Shown: positions 53,376-63,700, counted from the first letter of the stretch. The stretch: 64,000 nt of DNA from Pseudobdellovibrionaceae bacterium (GCA_039810425.1 JBDHWW010000004.1:56410-120409), one strand, 5' to 3'. The notes: generated by a model from the letters alone, not told the origin. A program made the numbers and translations.

Positions 53376-55352
53376 CTATTCTTCAAAGACATATTTCGCG
53401 AGTGTCTGGAAGAGAACTTCAAAATCCACCGGCTTTGTCAGATAGTCATTGCAGCCGGCTTCAATGCAGCGGTCGCGGTCTTCTTTCATGGCATGGGCGG
53501 TAAGAGCGATGATAGGCTTTTTGTAGCCGCCAAGGCGCAAATTTCGTGTAGCGGTTTGCCCATCCATCACCGGCATTTGAACGTCCATTAAGATCACGTC
53601 GAATTCCGAAGACGAAGCTTTTTTAATCGCCTCTTCGCCGTTGTCAGCTAAGGTGACGATCATATTTTGATTGGAAAGAATGCGATTCAACAACAGGCGG
53701 TTAATTTCAGAGTCGTCAACGAGGAGGACGGATTTGCCGTGAACTTGTGAGAGCGCCCGGTCTGTTTCTTTTGTAGTGAACTTTTCGTTCTTAGGTCTCT
53801 TTGGAGCTTCGTAAGGGACCGTGACCGTGAATACGCTGCCTTTACCCGGAGTACTGCTTTCAAGTACAACATCACCCTGGAGCATACGTGCCAGGTGACG
53901 AGACAGGACCAACCCCAAGCCGGTGCCCTCATGCTTGCGGGACAAAGAGTTGTCAACTTGGCTGAAGCTTTTAAATAGTAAATGTTGCTTATCGATAGGA
54001 ATGCCAACGCCACTGTCTTTGATTTTAAAAACGAGTCGGTCGTTCTGAGCTTCGCAGCGAATAGCCACATGCCCTTGTTCCGTGAACTTGATCGCATTTC
54101 CCAAAAGGTTCATCAGGATCTGCTTAAGACGCTGAGGATCTGTATTGACGTAGTCAGGGAAGGTGTCTTGAACATCCACCACAACCGAGACTTGCTTTTT
54201 ACCGAGCTTTGCTTCGCAGAGAACGCGAACTTCTTTTAGCAAGGTTCTCAGAGAGAAGTCGCGTTTTTCGATTTCAAGGTAGCCGGCTTCGACCTTCGAG
54301 AGGTCCAAAATATCGTTGATGATTTTGGTTAAAGATTCGCCGGTCTTTTCGATAATGCTGACATACTCGGCACGGTCTCTATCCGACAGCTTTGGATCTT
54401 GCAAGAGCTTGGTGAAACCAAGAATTGCACCGAGAGGAGTGCGCATTTCGTGGCTCATATTTGCAAGGAAAAGACTTTTTAGGCGGTTGGCTTTTTCGCT
54501 GTTTTTCAAGTCGCCTGCCATCTTGTTGAGAGTTTCGGCTAACGAAGCTAGATCATCACCAGCGCGAATAGGGATTTCGTGCTCAAGATTGCCCGCTCCA
54601 AGGGCTTCGGCAGCAACTTTGAGCTCCCGCAGACGCAGCGTCAGGCTACGGGAGATGGAGAACGTTAAAATCAAGCCTGTGGTTTCAACCATCAAGACAG
54701 CAAGAAATAACGTGAACAGCATCATATGCTGCATCCAGCGCGAGCCCTCTCCGAGCGCGGTGGAAAAGCGGGCCTCCATGGCTGTCAGGTCGTTATTAAT
54801 CTGAGAGATCTCCTCCAGAGTCGTGAGGACCTCCTGATTGCTGGAGTTAGAAGAAATCTGCTGGTGAAGCTGCTGGCCAAGAATCGTCAGACGGTCCACC
54901 ATTGTGTCCGCCTCCGTCCATAAAGCAATTGGCTCGGCGATATATTTTACGTTGCGGAAACGGTCGATGAGTTTCGCGAGTCCCTCGACATCATCTGGAT
55001 GGTTCTTACCTTGCAAGAATCCTTTGCGCACTGTTTCGTAGTCGTAAGGATCGTTTTCGAGAATCTCATGGCGGCTGGCTCGATCACCAAGAGTGACGTC
55101 AATCTCACTAAAGAATTTTTCATAGTAGCTTGGATTTTTGGTGCGGGCATAGTTGAAGAGACTGATCACCGCTTCTTTTTGCGCTTTGGACCAAAGGCTC
55201 TCGCCATTCACGAAAGCGCGGGCCGTTGACAGAGTGTTCATGGCAAATAGCATCGTCAAGAGTTCTGAGATAACCAAGAAGGCCATTACACCGACAACGA
55301 TGAATAGCTTGTTCGAGACAGAGAGGTTTCTCCAGAAAGATTTAATTTTCAT
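53376..55352 (-). CDS. Hybrid sensor histidine kinase (periplasmic sensor, HAMP, HisKA, HATPase, REC)
   Basis: FLANMSHEMRTPL, NLLGNAIKFT, GTGLGL, ILMDVQMPVMDG. Confidence 0.92.
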   Translation of the reverse strand: MKIKSFWRNLSVSNKLFIVVGVMAFLVISELLTMLFAMNTLSTARAFVNGESLWSKAQKEAVISLFNYARTKNPSYYEKFFSEIDVTLGDRASRHEILENDPYDYETVRKGFLQGKNHPDDVEGLAKLIDRFRNVKYIAEPIALWTEADTMVDRLTILGQQLHQQISSNSSNQEVLTTLEEISQINNDLTAMEARFSTALGEGSRWMQHMMLFTLFLAVLMVETTGLILTFSISRSLTLRLRELKVAAEALGAGNLEHEIPIRAGDDLASLAETLNKMAGDLKNSEKANRLKSLFLANMSHEMRTPLGAILGFTKLLQDPKLSDRDRAEYVSIIEKTGESLTKIINDILDLSKVEAGYLEIEKRDFSLRTLLKEVRVLCEAKLGKKQVSVVVDVQDTFPDYVNTDPQRLKQILMNLLGNAIKFTEQGHVAIRCEAQNDRLVFKIKDSGVGIPIDKQHLLFKSFSQVDNSLSRKHEGTGLGLVLSRHLARMLQGDVVLESSTPGKGSVFTVTVPYEAPKRPKNEKFTTKETDRALSQVHGKSVLLVDDSEINRLLLNRILSNQNMIVTLADNGEEAIKKASSSEFDVILMDVQMPVMDGQTATRNLRLGGYKKPIIALTAHAMKEDRDRCIEAGCNDYLTKPVDFEVLFQTLAKYVFEE

Positions 55353-55580
55353 AATTTGCGCTCTACAACAGCAAATACTTTAACCTGTTTTTTTTGTCAT
55401 AGTTCAGAATATATCGAATCGCAAAATGTCCCATAGCCGATGTCGTTTTTTGGGAAAAATTACTGTGAAAACGCTGCCGTCCATGTGCGCCGGGCTTTTC
55501 TGAGCTCGATTCACTGGACTAAAGCCGTGAAGTGAAGCGGTCCTCGTTAAAAAATGACCCTATCGGCCGATATGTAATTG

Positions 55581-58094
55581 ATGGATAAGTCTTCGTTATT
55601 CCATTTTTTAATACGGCAATTTGGAACGCAATTTGGAGTGATCCTCCTGATTTTTTCCAGCGTTTACTATTTCCAGGGGAATACTTCCAGGGAAGATCTT
55701 TATAGTCTTGCGATGCTCATGCAAACTCGTCAAGCCGTCGAGCAGGCGAGCTTTTTGAGTCAGCAGTACCTAAGCTCCGGCAAGATAAAAGATCTTGATG
55801 AATACAACAAGTCCATCGTGCAGATGGGAAAAGTCGTCAGCGATTTTGCCGATGGTCTTAAAAAATTCCCCGATCACCAGAAAAAGTTTTCTGAAATTCA
55901 GAAAAAGACCCGCGTGTATTTTGTCGCAATGAATGAACGCCTTGAGAAGCGTCAGCGCAGTGGCGGTAATCATGGAGATCGTGAAATTGCCAATGCCGAC
56001 GGTTTGCATGACGTGCTGAACTTGATTGATGTTATGACCCGTGATATTCGCGACAATACCCTGCAACCAATGACGGTAGCTGGTAAAACTTTTCCGCTGG
56101 TCCTTTGGTACTACGTCGCGGGAATGGTGATTGCATTGTATTCGATTCTGATGAGCTATCGCTATCAAACGGCGCTTCAGGAAGAGCAAAAGAAAGATAT
56201 CTCGGATTTGAAAATTCAATCGATTCTGTTGGACGGTATCCTGAATAGTATCAGCGAGGCCCTTGTTGTTGTTGATGATCAGGGACGTTTCACACGTTAC
56301 AATACCGCCGCGCAGAGAATTATTGGCAGCAAGATAAAAAGTATTTCTTCAGAGCAGGACGCGCGGGACTTTGGTTTCTTTGATGTAAATACGATGCAAC
56401 AACTGCCTGTGAACGAGTTGCCTTTCGCGCGAGCGCTCCGGGGGGAACAGGTTGAAGACCTTGAAATCATGGTTCATAACGAAGCCAATCCCCAGGGGAT
56501 GTATATCAGTATCAGTAGCCGTTACTTGCGTGATATTGACGGCAGCATTCATGGCGCTTTGGCGGTCTTCCGCGACATCAGCCGTCGTAAGGCCACGGAG
56601 CAGGAATGGCTGCGTGCACGTGAATCTGCTCTGGAAACAGCTCGTAAGAAGTCTGACTTCTTAGCGGCTATGAGCCACGAGATCCGTACGCCGATGAATG
56701 GTGTGATCGGGATGTCGACACTATTGGCTGAGACGAAAATGACCGAGGAACAAAAGGACTACGTGGGAACGATTAAACGCTCGGCGGAAGCGCTGCTGCG
56801 TTTGATCAACGACATCTTGGATCACTCGAAAATTGAGGCCGGAAAAATTCAGATTAATCCGCGCCCGTTTGATCTTCGTCAGATGTGCGGAGATATTCTG
56901 GAGCTTTTCCAACCGGCTGTTCGCGAAAAAAATATTGGTCTTGAAATTAGTTATCTGGGGCGTGAAGAGTGGGCCTTCGTGGCGGATCCGGAAAGGCTGC
57001 GCCAGATTCTGGTGAACCTGATCGGAAACGCAGTGAAGTTTACCGAAAAAGGTTATGTGCGCGTGGCGGTTGAGTGCCAGAAGTCCCATGCTGCAAAGTC
57101 CTCCTTAAAGTTTTCGGTGACTGATACCGGGGCGGGGCTCAGCGAGGAGGAAAGTCAACTGCTCTTCCAGAAATATGTTCAGACGAAATCAGGAATGAAG
57201 TTCGGTGGAACCGGCTTGGGGCTGTCGATATGCCGCCAGCTCGTGGAGCTGATGGGTGGTCAAATCGGCCTTAATAGCAAATTGGGCTTGGGCTCTACAT
57301 TTTGGTTCACGTTAGATTTAACTGAAACGACGATTCAGCAAATTCCCGCACAGCAAGAAAGTACTTTTGCCGCAATCTTTAAAGGACAGGTATTGCTGGC
57401 GGAAGATCAGCCAGTCAATCAGCGTGTGGCCGTGACCTACTTGCAAAAACTTGGGCTCGAAGTCGATGTCGCCCAGAATGGCCAGATTGCCGTGCAGAAG
57501 GCCTTGGCGAAACGCTATGATGTGATCTTTATGGACTGTCAGATGCCGGTGATGACGGGCTACGATGCGACGAAAAATATCCGGGCCCAGCAGCAGGGTG
57601 AACGGACTCCGATTATCGCCTTAACGGCAGAGGGTACCAGCGGTGAACGCAATACTTGTCTTGAGGTCGGTATGGATGACTTTTTGACGAAACCCCTGGA
57701 GCTTGAACGTTTAATCGGGGCACTACATCGTTGGATAAAAACTGATGCACCTGTTTTAGATTTGAAAGCTTTAGAAAAATTGAAGTCCTATGTCGTGAAT
57801 AACAAAAGTTTGACGGAGGCGCTGATTGAGGACTTCCAGAATACGGCTCCGGGCTTGGTTGCAAGTATGAAAACAGCCTTGGAGTCCGGCAATTTGGAAG
57901 AAGCTCAATCAGCGGCGCATGCGTTGAAATCAACAAGTGCGACCTTGGGGGCGACAGCCTTGGCGGGACTTAGTGAGCGCATTGAAGACGCACTGGATTT
58001 GGACGAAGCCAAGGTGCTATTTGCCGGTGTTGATGAACAATTTAAGAAAAGCCTGGCCGAGTTGCAGAAGTACTCATCTCGGGCAGCGGCGTAA
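55581..58094 (+). CDS. Hybrid sensor histidine kinase (periplasmic sensor, PAS, HisKA, HATPase, REC, Hpt)
   Basis: FLAAMSHEIRTPMNG, NAVKFT, FMDCQMP, Hpt AHALKSTSATLGA. Confidence 0.92.
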   Translation: MDKSSLFHFLIRQFGTQFGVILLIFSSVYYFQGNTSREDLYSLAMLMQTRQAVEQASFLSQQYLSSGKIKDLDEYNKSIVQMGKVVSDFADGLKKFPDHQKKFSEIQKKTRVYFVAMNERLEKRQRSGGNHGDREIANADGLHDVLNLIDVMTRDIRDNTLQPMTVAGKTFPLVLWYYVAGMVIALYSILMSYRYQTALQEEQKKDISDLKIQSILLDGILNSISEALVVVDDQGRFTRYNTAAQRIIGSKIKSISSEQDARDFGFFDVNTMQQLPVNELPFARALRGEQVEDLEIMVHNEANPQGMYISISSRYLRDIDGSIHGALAVFRDISRRKATEQEWLRARESALETARKKSDFLAAMSHEIRTPMNGVIGMSTLLAETKMTEEQKDYVGTIKRSAEALLRLINDILDHSKIEAGKIQINPRPFDLRQMCGDILELFQPAVREKNIGLEISYLGREEWAFVADPERLRQILVNLIGNAVKFTEKGYVRVAVECQKSHAAKSSLKFSVTDTGAGLSEEESQLLFQKYVQTKSGMKFGGTGLGLSICRQLVELMGGQIGLNSKLGLGSTFWFTLDLTETTIQQIPAQQESTFAAIFKGQVLLAEDQPVNQRVAVTYLQKLGLEVDVAQNGQIAVQKALAKRYDVIFMDCQMPVMTGYDATKNIRAQQQGERTPIIALTAEGTSGERNTCLEVGMDDFLTKPLELERLIGALHRWIKTDAPVLDLKALEKLKSYVVNNKSLTEALIEDFQNTAPGLVASMKTALESGNLEEAQSAAHALKSTSATLGATALAGLSERIEDALDLDEAKVLFAGVDEQFKKSLAELQKYSSRAAA

Positions 58095-58105
58095 GAGGAG
58101 TAAGT

Positions 58106-58795
58106 ATGGCACACATTCTTATTGTCGATGACCAACAAAGCGTACTGATAACATTGGAAGCTCTATTAAAGAGCGATCAGCATCTTGTTACTGCCTGTAC
58201 CAATGCGATCGATGCGATAGATAAGCTCAGCAAAGAGCCTTATGACTTGGTGATCTCTGACGTTGTCATGTCGGTCGGGGGCACAGGGCTTGCGCTCCTT
58301 CGTACCATCCGCAGTCAGCCGAAGATCGCAAAGATTCCGGTGATTCTGTTGACCGGGAAGCGCGAAAAGTCGGATGTTGAAAAAGGTATTCAAGCGGGAG
58401 CGGATGACTACGTCGTGAAACCCATTGACCCGGCTTTATTGCTCGCGAAGATCAAAGATATTTTGTCTCGTTCTGTCCAGGCGGCGCCGCGTTTTGCTGA
58501 GGCTGTTGTGAATATGAAAGCCGAAATGGAAACTAAAACCGATATCATTTCTATTTCTGAAATGGGCTGTACGTTGAAATCGAATGTCTTTGCGTCAACG
58601 GGCGCGGTTATTAAGATTCATAGTGATATTTTCAAAGACATCGGTATTGCGAACCCTGTCCTGCGAATTATTTCAGTCGAAGAAGCCGCGAGTGCGGATG
58701 GGTTCCGTAAATTTACCGGTAACTTCGTGGGTCTTAGCGAAAAAGAACTGACCCCCCTTCGCCTTTGGATCCGCGCGAAAATGCGGGCCGCTTAA
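58106..58795 (+). CDS. Response regulator with C-terminal degenerate PilZ-like domain
   Basis: ILIVDD, ISDVVM, GADDYVVKP; C-terminal PRF...ISISEMG...FVGL pattern. Confidence 0.75.
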   Translation: MAHILIVDDQQSVLITLEALLKSDQHLVTACTNAIDAIDKLSKEPYDLVISDVVMSVGGTGLALLRTIRSQPKIAKIPVILLTGKREKSDVEKGIQAGADDYVVKPIDPALLLAKIKDILSRSVQAAPRFAEAVVNMKAEMETKTDIISISEMGCTLKSNVFASTGAVIKIHSDIFKDIGIANPVLRIISVEEAASADGFRKFTGNFVGLSEKELTPLRLWIRAKMRAA

Positions 58796-59139
58796 GAGAT
58801 GAGGCCGGGAGCGCAAAGGGTTGCAGGGCCAATTAGTGAGTCCTCACGGTCAATCCCAACAATGTGTGATTGTGAAACTTATTGATGCCAATCTGTCACA
58901 ACGGGTAAGAAACCTGTTTATTTGTTTGGACCGCAGATGTCACGATACATTCCTTGTTCTCAGTCGATTCGATGTATAATATGGGTCGGTTGCTCACTGA
59001 TTCTTTTTGTGAGTAGGAGTGGTCAAGTCTGACAATCCTCTTTGATCCGCAGCCTGTGAAAAATCGGATTTGGTGTTTATAAACTTCGCACGACGTGTTT
59101 ATGGACGAGCCGAACGTGCTTTTTTTCAAAGGATGAAAA

Positions 59140-59847
59140 ATGACCATGCGTAGTTACAAAACAACTAAAGGGACCGAATTGCCTCTGTTGAACCTTCGGG
59201 GGAACGAATATTTAGAGGTGAAATATCGTCTCGTGTGGTTCCGTGAGGACCATCCTGATTGGTCTATCGAGACTGAGCTTGTGTCGGTCACCGATGTCTC
59301 GGCGTATGCCAAAGCGACGGTTCGTGATGACAAGGGAAGAATAATTGCGACCTCCCATAAGTATGAAAGCATTCAAGGATTTCCGGACTTTATCGAGAAG
59401 GCAGAGACGGGGGCGATTGACCGCGCGTTAGCCTTGATTGGTTATGGAACTCAGTTCTGTGCTGATGAATTGGATGAGGGTAAGCGCATTGTAGATGCTC
59501 CAGCGACACCGGCCCGCGTTCAGCGCGCAAATAATTTTCCGAATGACCGGATTGCAAAAGCATCTCCACTTGGCGCAAGGCCTGCTGGCGAGGCAGAGTC
59601 CGGCTCTGACGTGGAGGAGCTAGGCGCGAACGCGGGCGCCACCGAACCTGGTGACTACATGATCGCGTTTGGCCGAAAGTACAAAGGTAAAAAGCTGAAA
59701 GAAATTCCGCAAGGGGAACTTGAGAGTTACATTCAGTGGCTTGAGGCGAGCGCCGACAAACAAGGTGCTCCGGTGTCACGCCAAGTGCAGTTTTTAAAGC
59801 AAGCTTATAATCGGTTCTACAAGGCGGAAGGTGCGTCACAGCACTAA
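59140..59847 (+). CDS. Putative Rad52/Sak-like single-strand annealing protein with C-terminal FGKYKG-type (DUF3820/ExoX-C-like) domain
   Basis: YLEVKYRLVWFR...AKATV...IEKAETGAIDRALALIGYG; low-complexity linker; MIAFGRKYKGKKLKEIP...YIQWL. Confidence 0.55.
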   Translation: MTMRSYKTTKGTELPLLNLRGNEYLEVKYRLVWFREDHPDWSIETELVSVTDVSAYAKATVRDDKGRIIATSHKYESIQGFPDFIEKAETGAIDRALALIGYGTQFCADELDEGKRIVDAPATPARVQRANNFPNDRIAKASPLGARPAGEAESGSDVEELGANAGATEPGDYMIAFGRKYKGKKLKEIPQGELESYIQWLEASADKQGAPVSRQVQFLKQAYNRFYKAEGASQH

Positions 59848-59859
59848 TAGGGCACGGAA

Positions 59860-62112
59860 ATGAGCCAGTTATCGTTTGATGCGCCCGACACTCAGAATCC
59901 AGCCGTGTCCTTTGTTATGGGGGACCGGCCTTCATTTACTTCAGAGTTGTCGCAAGGGCTTATTTGCGGCCACATAGAAAAAATAGTTTTTCAAAATGCC
60001 GTGACCGGGCAATGTCTGTTAGACGTAAAACCTGAAGGGCCGGTGAAAGGCCACTTTATGGTGGCGGGATTTACGGCCTCGGTCTTTCCTGGCCAGAGTG
60101 TGATTGCAAAAATCTCCCGGAGTGTTCAAGAGGGAGAATTGAAAACTCTCTCGGCGGCTTCGTTGGAGGTCGGCCTTCCCGTCAGCGAGCGAACAATGCG
60201 GAAATTTCTGAAATCGCCAGCAATGGGGGAACTCAGTAAGAGTCTTGCAAAAGCACTCGTGGATAAGTTTCCGCAGAATCTATTAGTCGTCATGGATTTA
60301 AATCCAAATCGTCTTGCCGAAGCCGAAGGTGTGGGCGAAAAACGCCGCCAGCAAATTGTTGAGGCATGGAAGAAATTTAAGGCCCTTGAAAAGTTTAAAA
60401 AATTTCTTTTTGCCGAGCACTTGCCACTGGATTGGGCCGAGCAGCTCTGGCCGTCTTTGGGGGCTGAAGCCCAAGACCAATTTATTAAAGCGCCCTATGC
60501 TTTAGCTCGTGAAAGAGGTCTTAGCTTCGATCTTGTCGATGCCTATGCACTTCGCCGGGGGTTTGCGATTGAATCCGAAGAACGCCTACGCTGTGCTTTA
60601 GGGGGCCTGTTGCAGGAGTATTACAAAGAGGGCCATTCGGCCTATCCGGAAACGAAGCTCTTAGACGAAGCGGTTTTAAAACTCAATTGCCGCCGCGACT
60701 GCTTGGAGAGAGCTTTGGAGCTGGAGCTTGTCGAAAATGAATTTGTCGAAGACATGATTGGCCGAATTCCTTGTATCTATCTGCGTGAGGTCTGGAGGCT
60801 TGAGCAAGATGTTGCCCGGATGATAAAGGCTTTTCAATATAAAGACACTCCGTGGGGGTGGTTTAATTTAGAAAAAGTTTTAAACTGGTCTCAGAGTATT
60901 TTGAATCTGCAGTTAGCGCCCTTGCAGAAAGAAGCCATCGAGACAGCGTTGTCCTCGCCGTTGACCGTGATTACCGGCGGCCCGGGAACCGGAAAAACCA
61001 CCATGGTGCGGGCGTTGACAACGATTCTGCAAACGCAATTTTTAAAATTTGCGCTGTGCACACCGACGGGGAGGGCCGCAAAGAGGCTTGAGGAAGCCAC
61101 AGGGCAACCGGCGCAGACGATTCATCGCTTGCTCAAGTTAAACGGTCTGACCGGAGAATTTACCTATCGCCGGGAGAATCCTCTGGATGTGGACCTGGTT
61201 CTGGTGGATGAGATTTCAATGGTGGATATCGCATTGATGCATCATCTCTTGTTAGCGCTTCCTGATCACTGCGCTTTGATTTTAGTCGGCGATGCGGATC
61301 AAATTCCACCGGTTGGCGCTGGAAATATTCTTCAGAGCATCATCGACTCTGAGAAGTTCGCGGTCGTTCGCCTGAAAGAGATTTTTCGACAAAGCGAGCA
61401 GAGTCATATTAAGATTAATGCCCAAAGAATCAACGCCGGCGAAATGCCCCTTAAAACCGACCGCGTTGATTCTGATTTCCACTATCTTCCGGTTCATGGC
61501 AATGAGGAAGCCAAGCGACTGGTTTTTGACCTTGCGACCCGCGTGATTCCAAATGAGTACGGCATTACCGACATGAAACAGGTGCAGATTCTCGTACCTC
61601 TGAATACAGGTGGTCTGGGCACACAATTGCTCAATCAAGAGCTGCAGAAACTTTACATCGATATGGAAAAGACTTCAGCCAGCATTCTGGGTTTTGAACA
61701 GAATTTCGCGGTGGGCGATAAAGTGATGGTCATTAAGAATGACTATAAAAAGAATCTCTTTAATGGCGATATTGGTTTTATCCGCGCGATCCATCATCTC
61801 GGACAGTACCTGGATATCGAGTTCGAGGATCGGCGAGTCCGCTTTGATTTTGAAGAGCTCGACCGCTTGACATTGGCCTATGCAATATCAATTCATAAGT
61901 CCCAGGGATCGGAGTACCGCGCGGTCATCGTGGTGGTGACTTTGGAGCATCTGCCTTTGGCGCAACGGCACCTGATCTATACTGCGGTGACTCGTGGCAA
62001 AGAACTGGTGTTTTTGGTGGCGGAGCCTCAAGCCTTGCAGATGGCTATAGCTTCAGATGAAAACAACCGCCGCTGGGAAAAGCTTACGGAGCTTTTACGT
62101 GCCATAGAGTGA
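59860..62112 (+). CDS. recD2: RecD2-like (RecD/TraA family) SF1B 5'-3' DNA helicase
   Basis: N-terminal HhH region (GVGEKR), GGPGTGKT, TIHRLL, VDEISM, GDADQ, FRQ, FNGDIG, IHKSQGSEY, YTAVTRGK. Confidence 0.88.
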   Translation: MSQLSFDAPDTQNPAVSFVMGDRPSFTSELSQGLICGHIEKIVFQNAVTGQCLLDVKPEGPVKGHFMVAGFTASVFPGQSVIAKISRSVQEGELKTLSAASLEVGLPVSERTMRKFLKSPAMGELSKSLAKALVDKFPQNLLVVMDLNPNRLAEAEGVGEKRRQQIVEAWKKFKALEKFKKFLFAEHLPLDWAEQLWPSLGAEAQDQFIKAPYALARERGLSFDLVDAYALRRGFAIESEERLRCALGGLLQEYYKEGHSAYPETKLLDEAVLKLNCRRDCLERALELELVENEFVEDMIGRIPCIYLREVWRLEQDVARMIKAFQYKDTPWGWFNLEKVLNWSQSILNLQLAPLQKEAIETALSSPLTVITGGPGTGKTTMVRALTTILQTQFLKFALCTPTGRAAKRLEEATGQPAQTIHRLLKLNGLTGEFTYRRENPLDVDLVLVDEISMVDIALMHHLLLALPDHCALILVGDADQIPPVGAGNILQSIIDSEKFAVVRLKEIFRQSEQSHIKINAQRINAGEMPLKTDRVDSDFHYLPVHGNEEAKRLVFDLATRVIPNEYGITDMKQVQILVPLNTGGLGTQLLNQELQKLYIDMEKTSASILGFEQNFAVGDKVMVIKNDYKKNLFNGDIGFIRAIHHLGQYLDIEFEDRRVRFDFEELDRLTLAYAISIHKSQGSEYRAVIVVVTLEHLPLAQRHLIYTAVTRGKELVFLVAEPQALQMAIASDENNRRWEKLTELLRAIE

Positions 62113-62297
62113 CGCCACAAAGCCAAGGCAAAGCTCATGACCAGAAAAAAGATGTTTCAAGATTATGTGAAGAAGATTTTGCCGAAAGAGCGTAAGGACA
62201 TCAATGTTTCTGATGAGGTGCGCTGCTTGGATAGGAGGGGCCAGTTTTTATTTCTTATCTTTTGGGATGAACTTGCTTCCGGACTTGCCAGCAGGCC

Positions 62298-62696
62298 TTA
62301 CCAGGCGCCGTTTTTTTTTGGCGTGGTTACAGCCTCGGGAAGAAGATTGCTGTAATCGCCATCATCTTCGTCATCGTCTTTAAGAGCCGCCTCTAAAGCG
62401 GTGACTTTCTTTTTAGGACCTCTGTGAACGGGGCGCTCTGAGCGGGGTTTTGCCTTTGCGAAGCCTTCGATGTCCTCAAAGCGGACAAGGGTCGTGCGAG
62501 TCTCACCGGTGATTTTTAAACCTTCAGCAGTAATCATTTTGATAAAGCCCGTCACGCCGAGGTGACTAAGGGTGCTGCCTGAGAGGCGATACTTTGTTTT
62601 TGGGCTGTCTTTTTGACGGAAGAGTTTGTTCAACTCATTCATATCGACAGTTCCGAATTCAGCAGCAAGAATTTTTATGATTTGAGCTTGTTTCAT
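62298..62696 (-). CDS. Hypothetical protein
   Basis: Open frame with AAGGA RBS, protein-like composition and an acidic tail; no recognised motif. Confidence 0.6.
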   Translation of the reverse strand: MKQAQIIKILAAEFGTVDMNELNKLFRQKDSPKTKYRLSGSTLSHLGVTGFIKMITAEGLKITGETRTTLVRFEDIEGFAKAKPRSERPVHRGPKKKVTALEAALKDDDEDDGDYSNLLPEAVTTPKKNGAW

Positions 62697-62770
62697 GGCC
62701 ACGTCCTTTAAGGATTATTACTATACATCCAATGGTCGTTTAAACCCAGCAGATCTTTGCATAGCTGTGG

Positions 62771-63700
62771 CTAAGATCTTAAAAAGTTTTGGACGTAGCG
62801 AAATAAAGTGGTGCGGTTGGGTTCGATTTGCATTAAATGAGTGGACTTCGGAATGCCACGCAGCTCTTTTTTTGCGGCATGGGTCATTTCATCCAGCAGG
62901 TCTTGCGATTCAAAGATGTGAACGTTCCTATCCCAAGTTCCCCAACAGATCAGAACCTTCGCACGGATTTTTGCCGGCTTATAGTAAGCCTTTCCATTAC
63001 GCCAAAATTTTGCCGCATCAAAGAGGACTCCCGCAGGCGACCGGAATTTCGCCGGCGATTGCTTCGCGGCTTCGGGCTGGCTGTTTAAGAGAGCTTTTTC
63101 CCAGGCCCTGCGTGTAGAGCGCGAGAGAGCCTTTGAGCCCCGGGGCGCACCCTTTCGTAATTTTTTTTGCATTGTCTCTGCGGTCCATTCTTGCCAGAAT
63201 TTGCCATCGAGTTTTTCGTTCCCGTCCGCTTTTTTTGTGAGCCATGGAGCACTCAAAAGAATCAATCTTGAAACATGTTTTGGATTTTTTGCAGCATAGG
63301 CACCGACGATGATTGTTCCCCACGACCATCCCATCAGATTGATTTTCTTAATTTTCCGCAACTTAAAGATGTGCTTCAGTGCGCATTGTAGATCGCACAA
63401 AGCATCGTCAGTGGTCGCAAAATACTTCTTGGCCACTTTAGGAGCTTCAGATTGGCCATAGCCTCGGATATTCAAATACCAAACATCATAACCATGCTGG
63501 GCGAGATAGTCGGCAAAAGACACACCACTGATCGCCAAATCAAAGATCGCTTCCGAAGGCTGAGTGGTCCCATGAACATAAAGAACAGTTTTGTCGGTCG
63601 CGAGTGACTTCACCTTTTTCCGGCGCTTGTTTCTGAGGAACAAGCGAAGTTTTGAGTTTTTGTTCATAATCATGAAATCTTGACAGGTAATTGCATTCAT
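62771..63700 (-). CDS. Alpha/beta hydrolase
   Basis: VHG, RGYGQS, nucleophile elbow GWSWG, GTWD, catalytic His in STHL; start uncertain. Confidence 0.82.
   Translation of the reverse strand: MNAITCQDFMIMNKNSKLRLFLRNKRRKKVKSLATDKTVLYVHGTTQPSEAIFDLAISGVSFADYLAQHGYDVWYLNIRGYGQSEAPKVAKKYFATTDDALCDLQCALKHIFKLRKIKKINLMGWSWGTIIVGAYAAKNPKHVSRLILLSAPWLTKKADGNEKLDGKFWQEWTAETMQKKLRKGAPRGSKALSRSTRRAWEKALLNSQPEAAKQSPAKFRSPAGVLFDAAKFWRNGKAYYKPAKIRAKVLICWGTWDRNVHIFESQDLLDEMTHAAKKELRGIPKSTHLMQIEPNRTTLFRYVQNFLRS

Noticed and set aside
58896..59147. 83-aa reverse ORF upstream of the annealing protein gene
   Set aside because: Occupies the probable promoter region, overlaps the forward start, and has no protein-like motif
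62137..62355. 72-aa forward ORF after recD2 as a third operon gene
   Set aside because: Overlaps the 3' end of a better reverse-strand ORF and has no motif; not excluded, but unsupported
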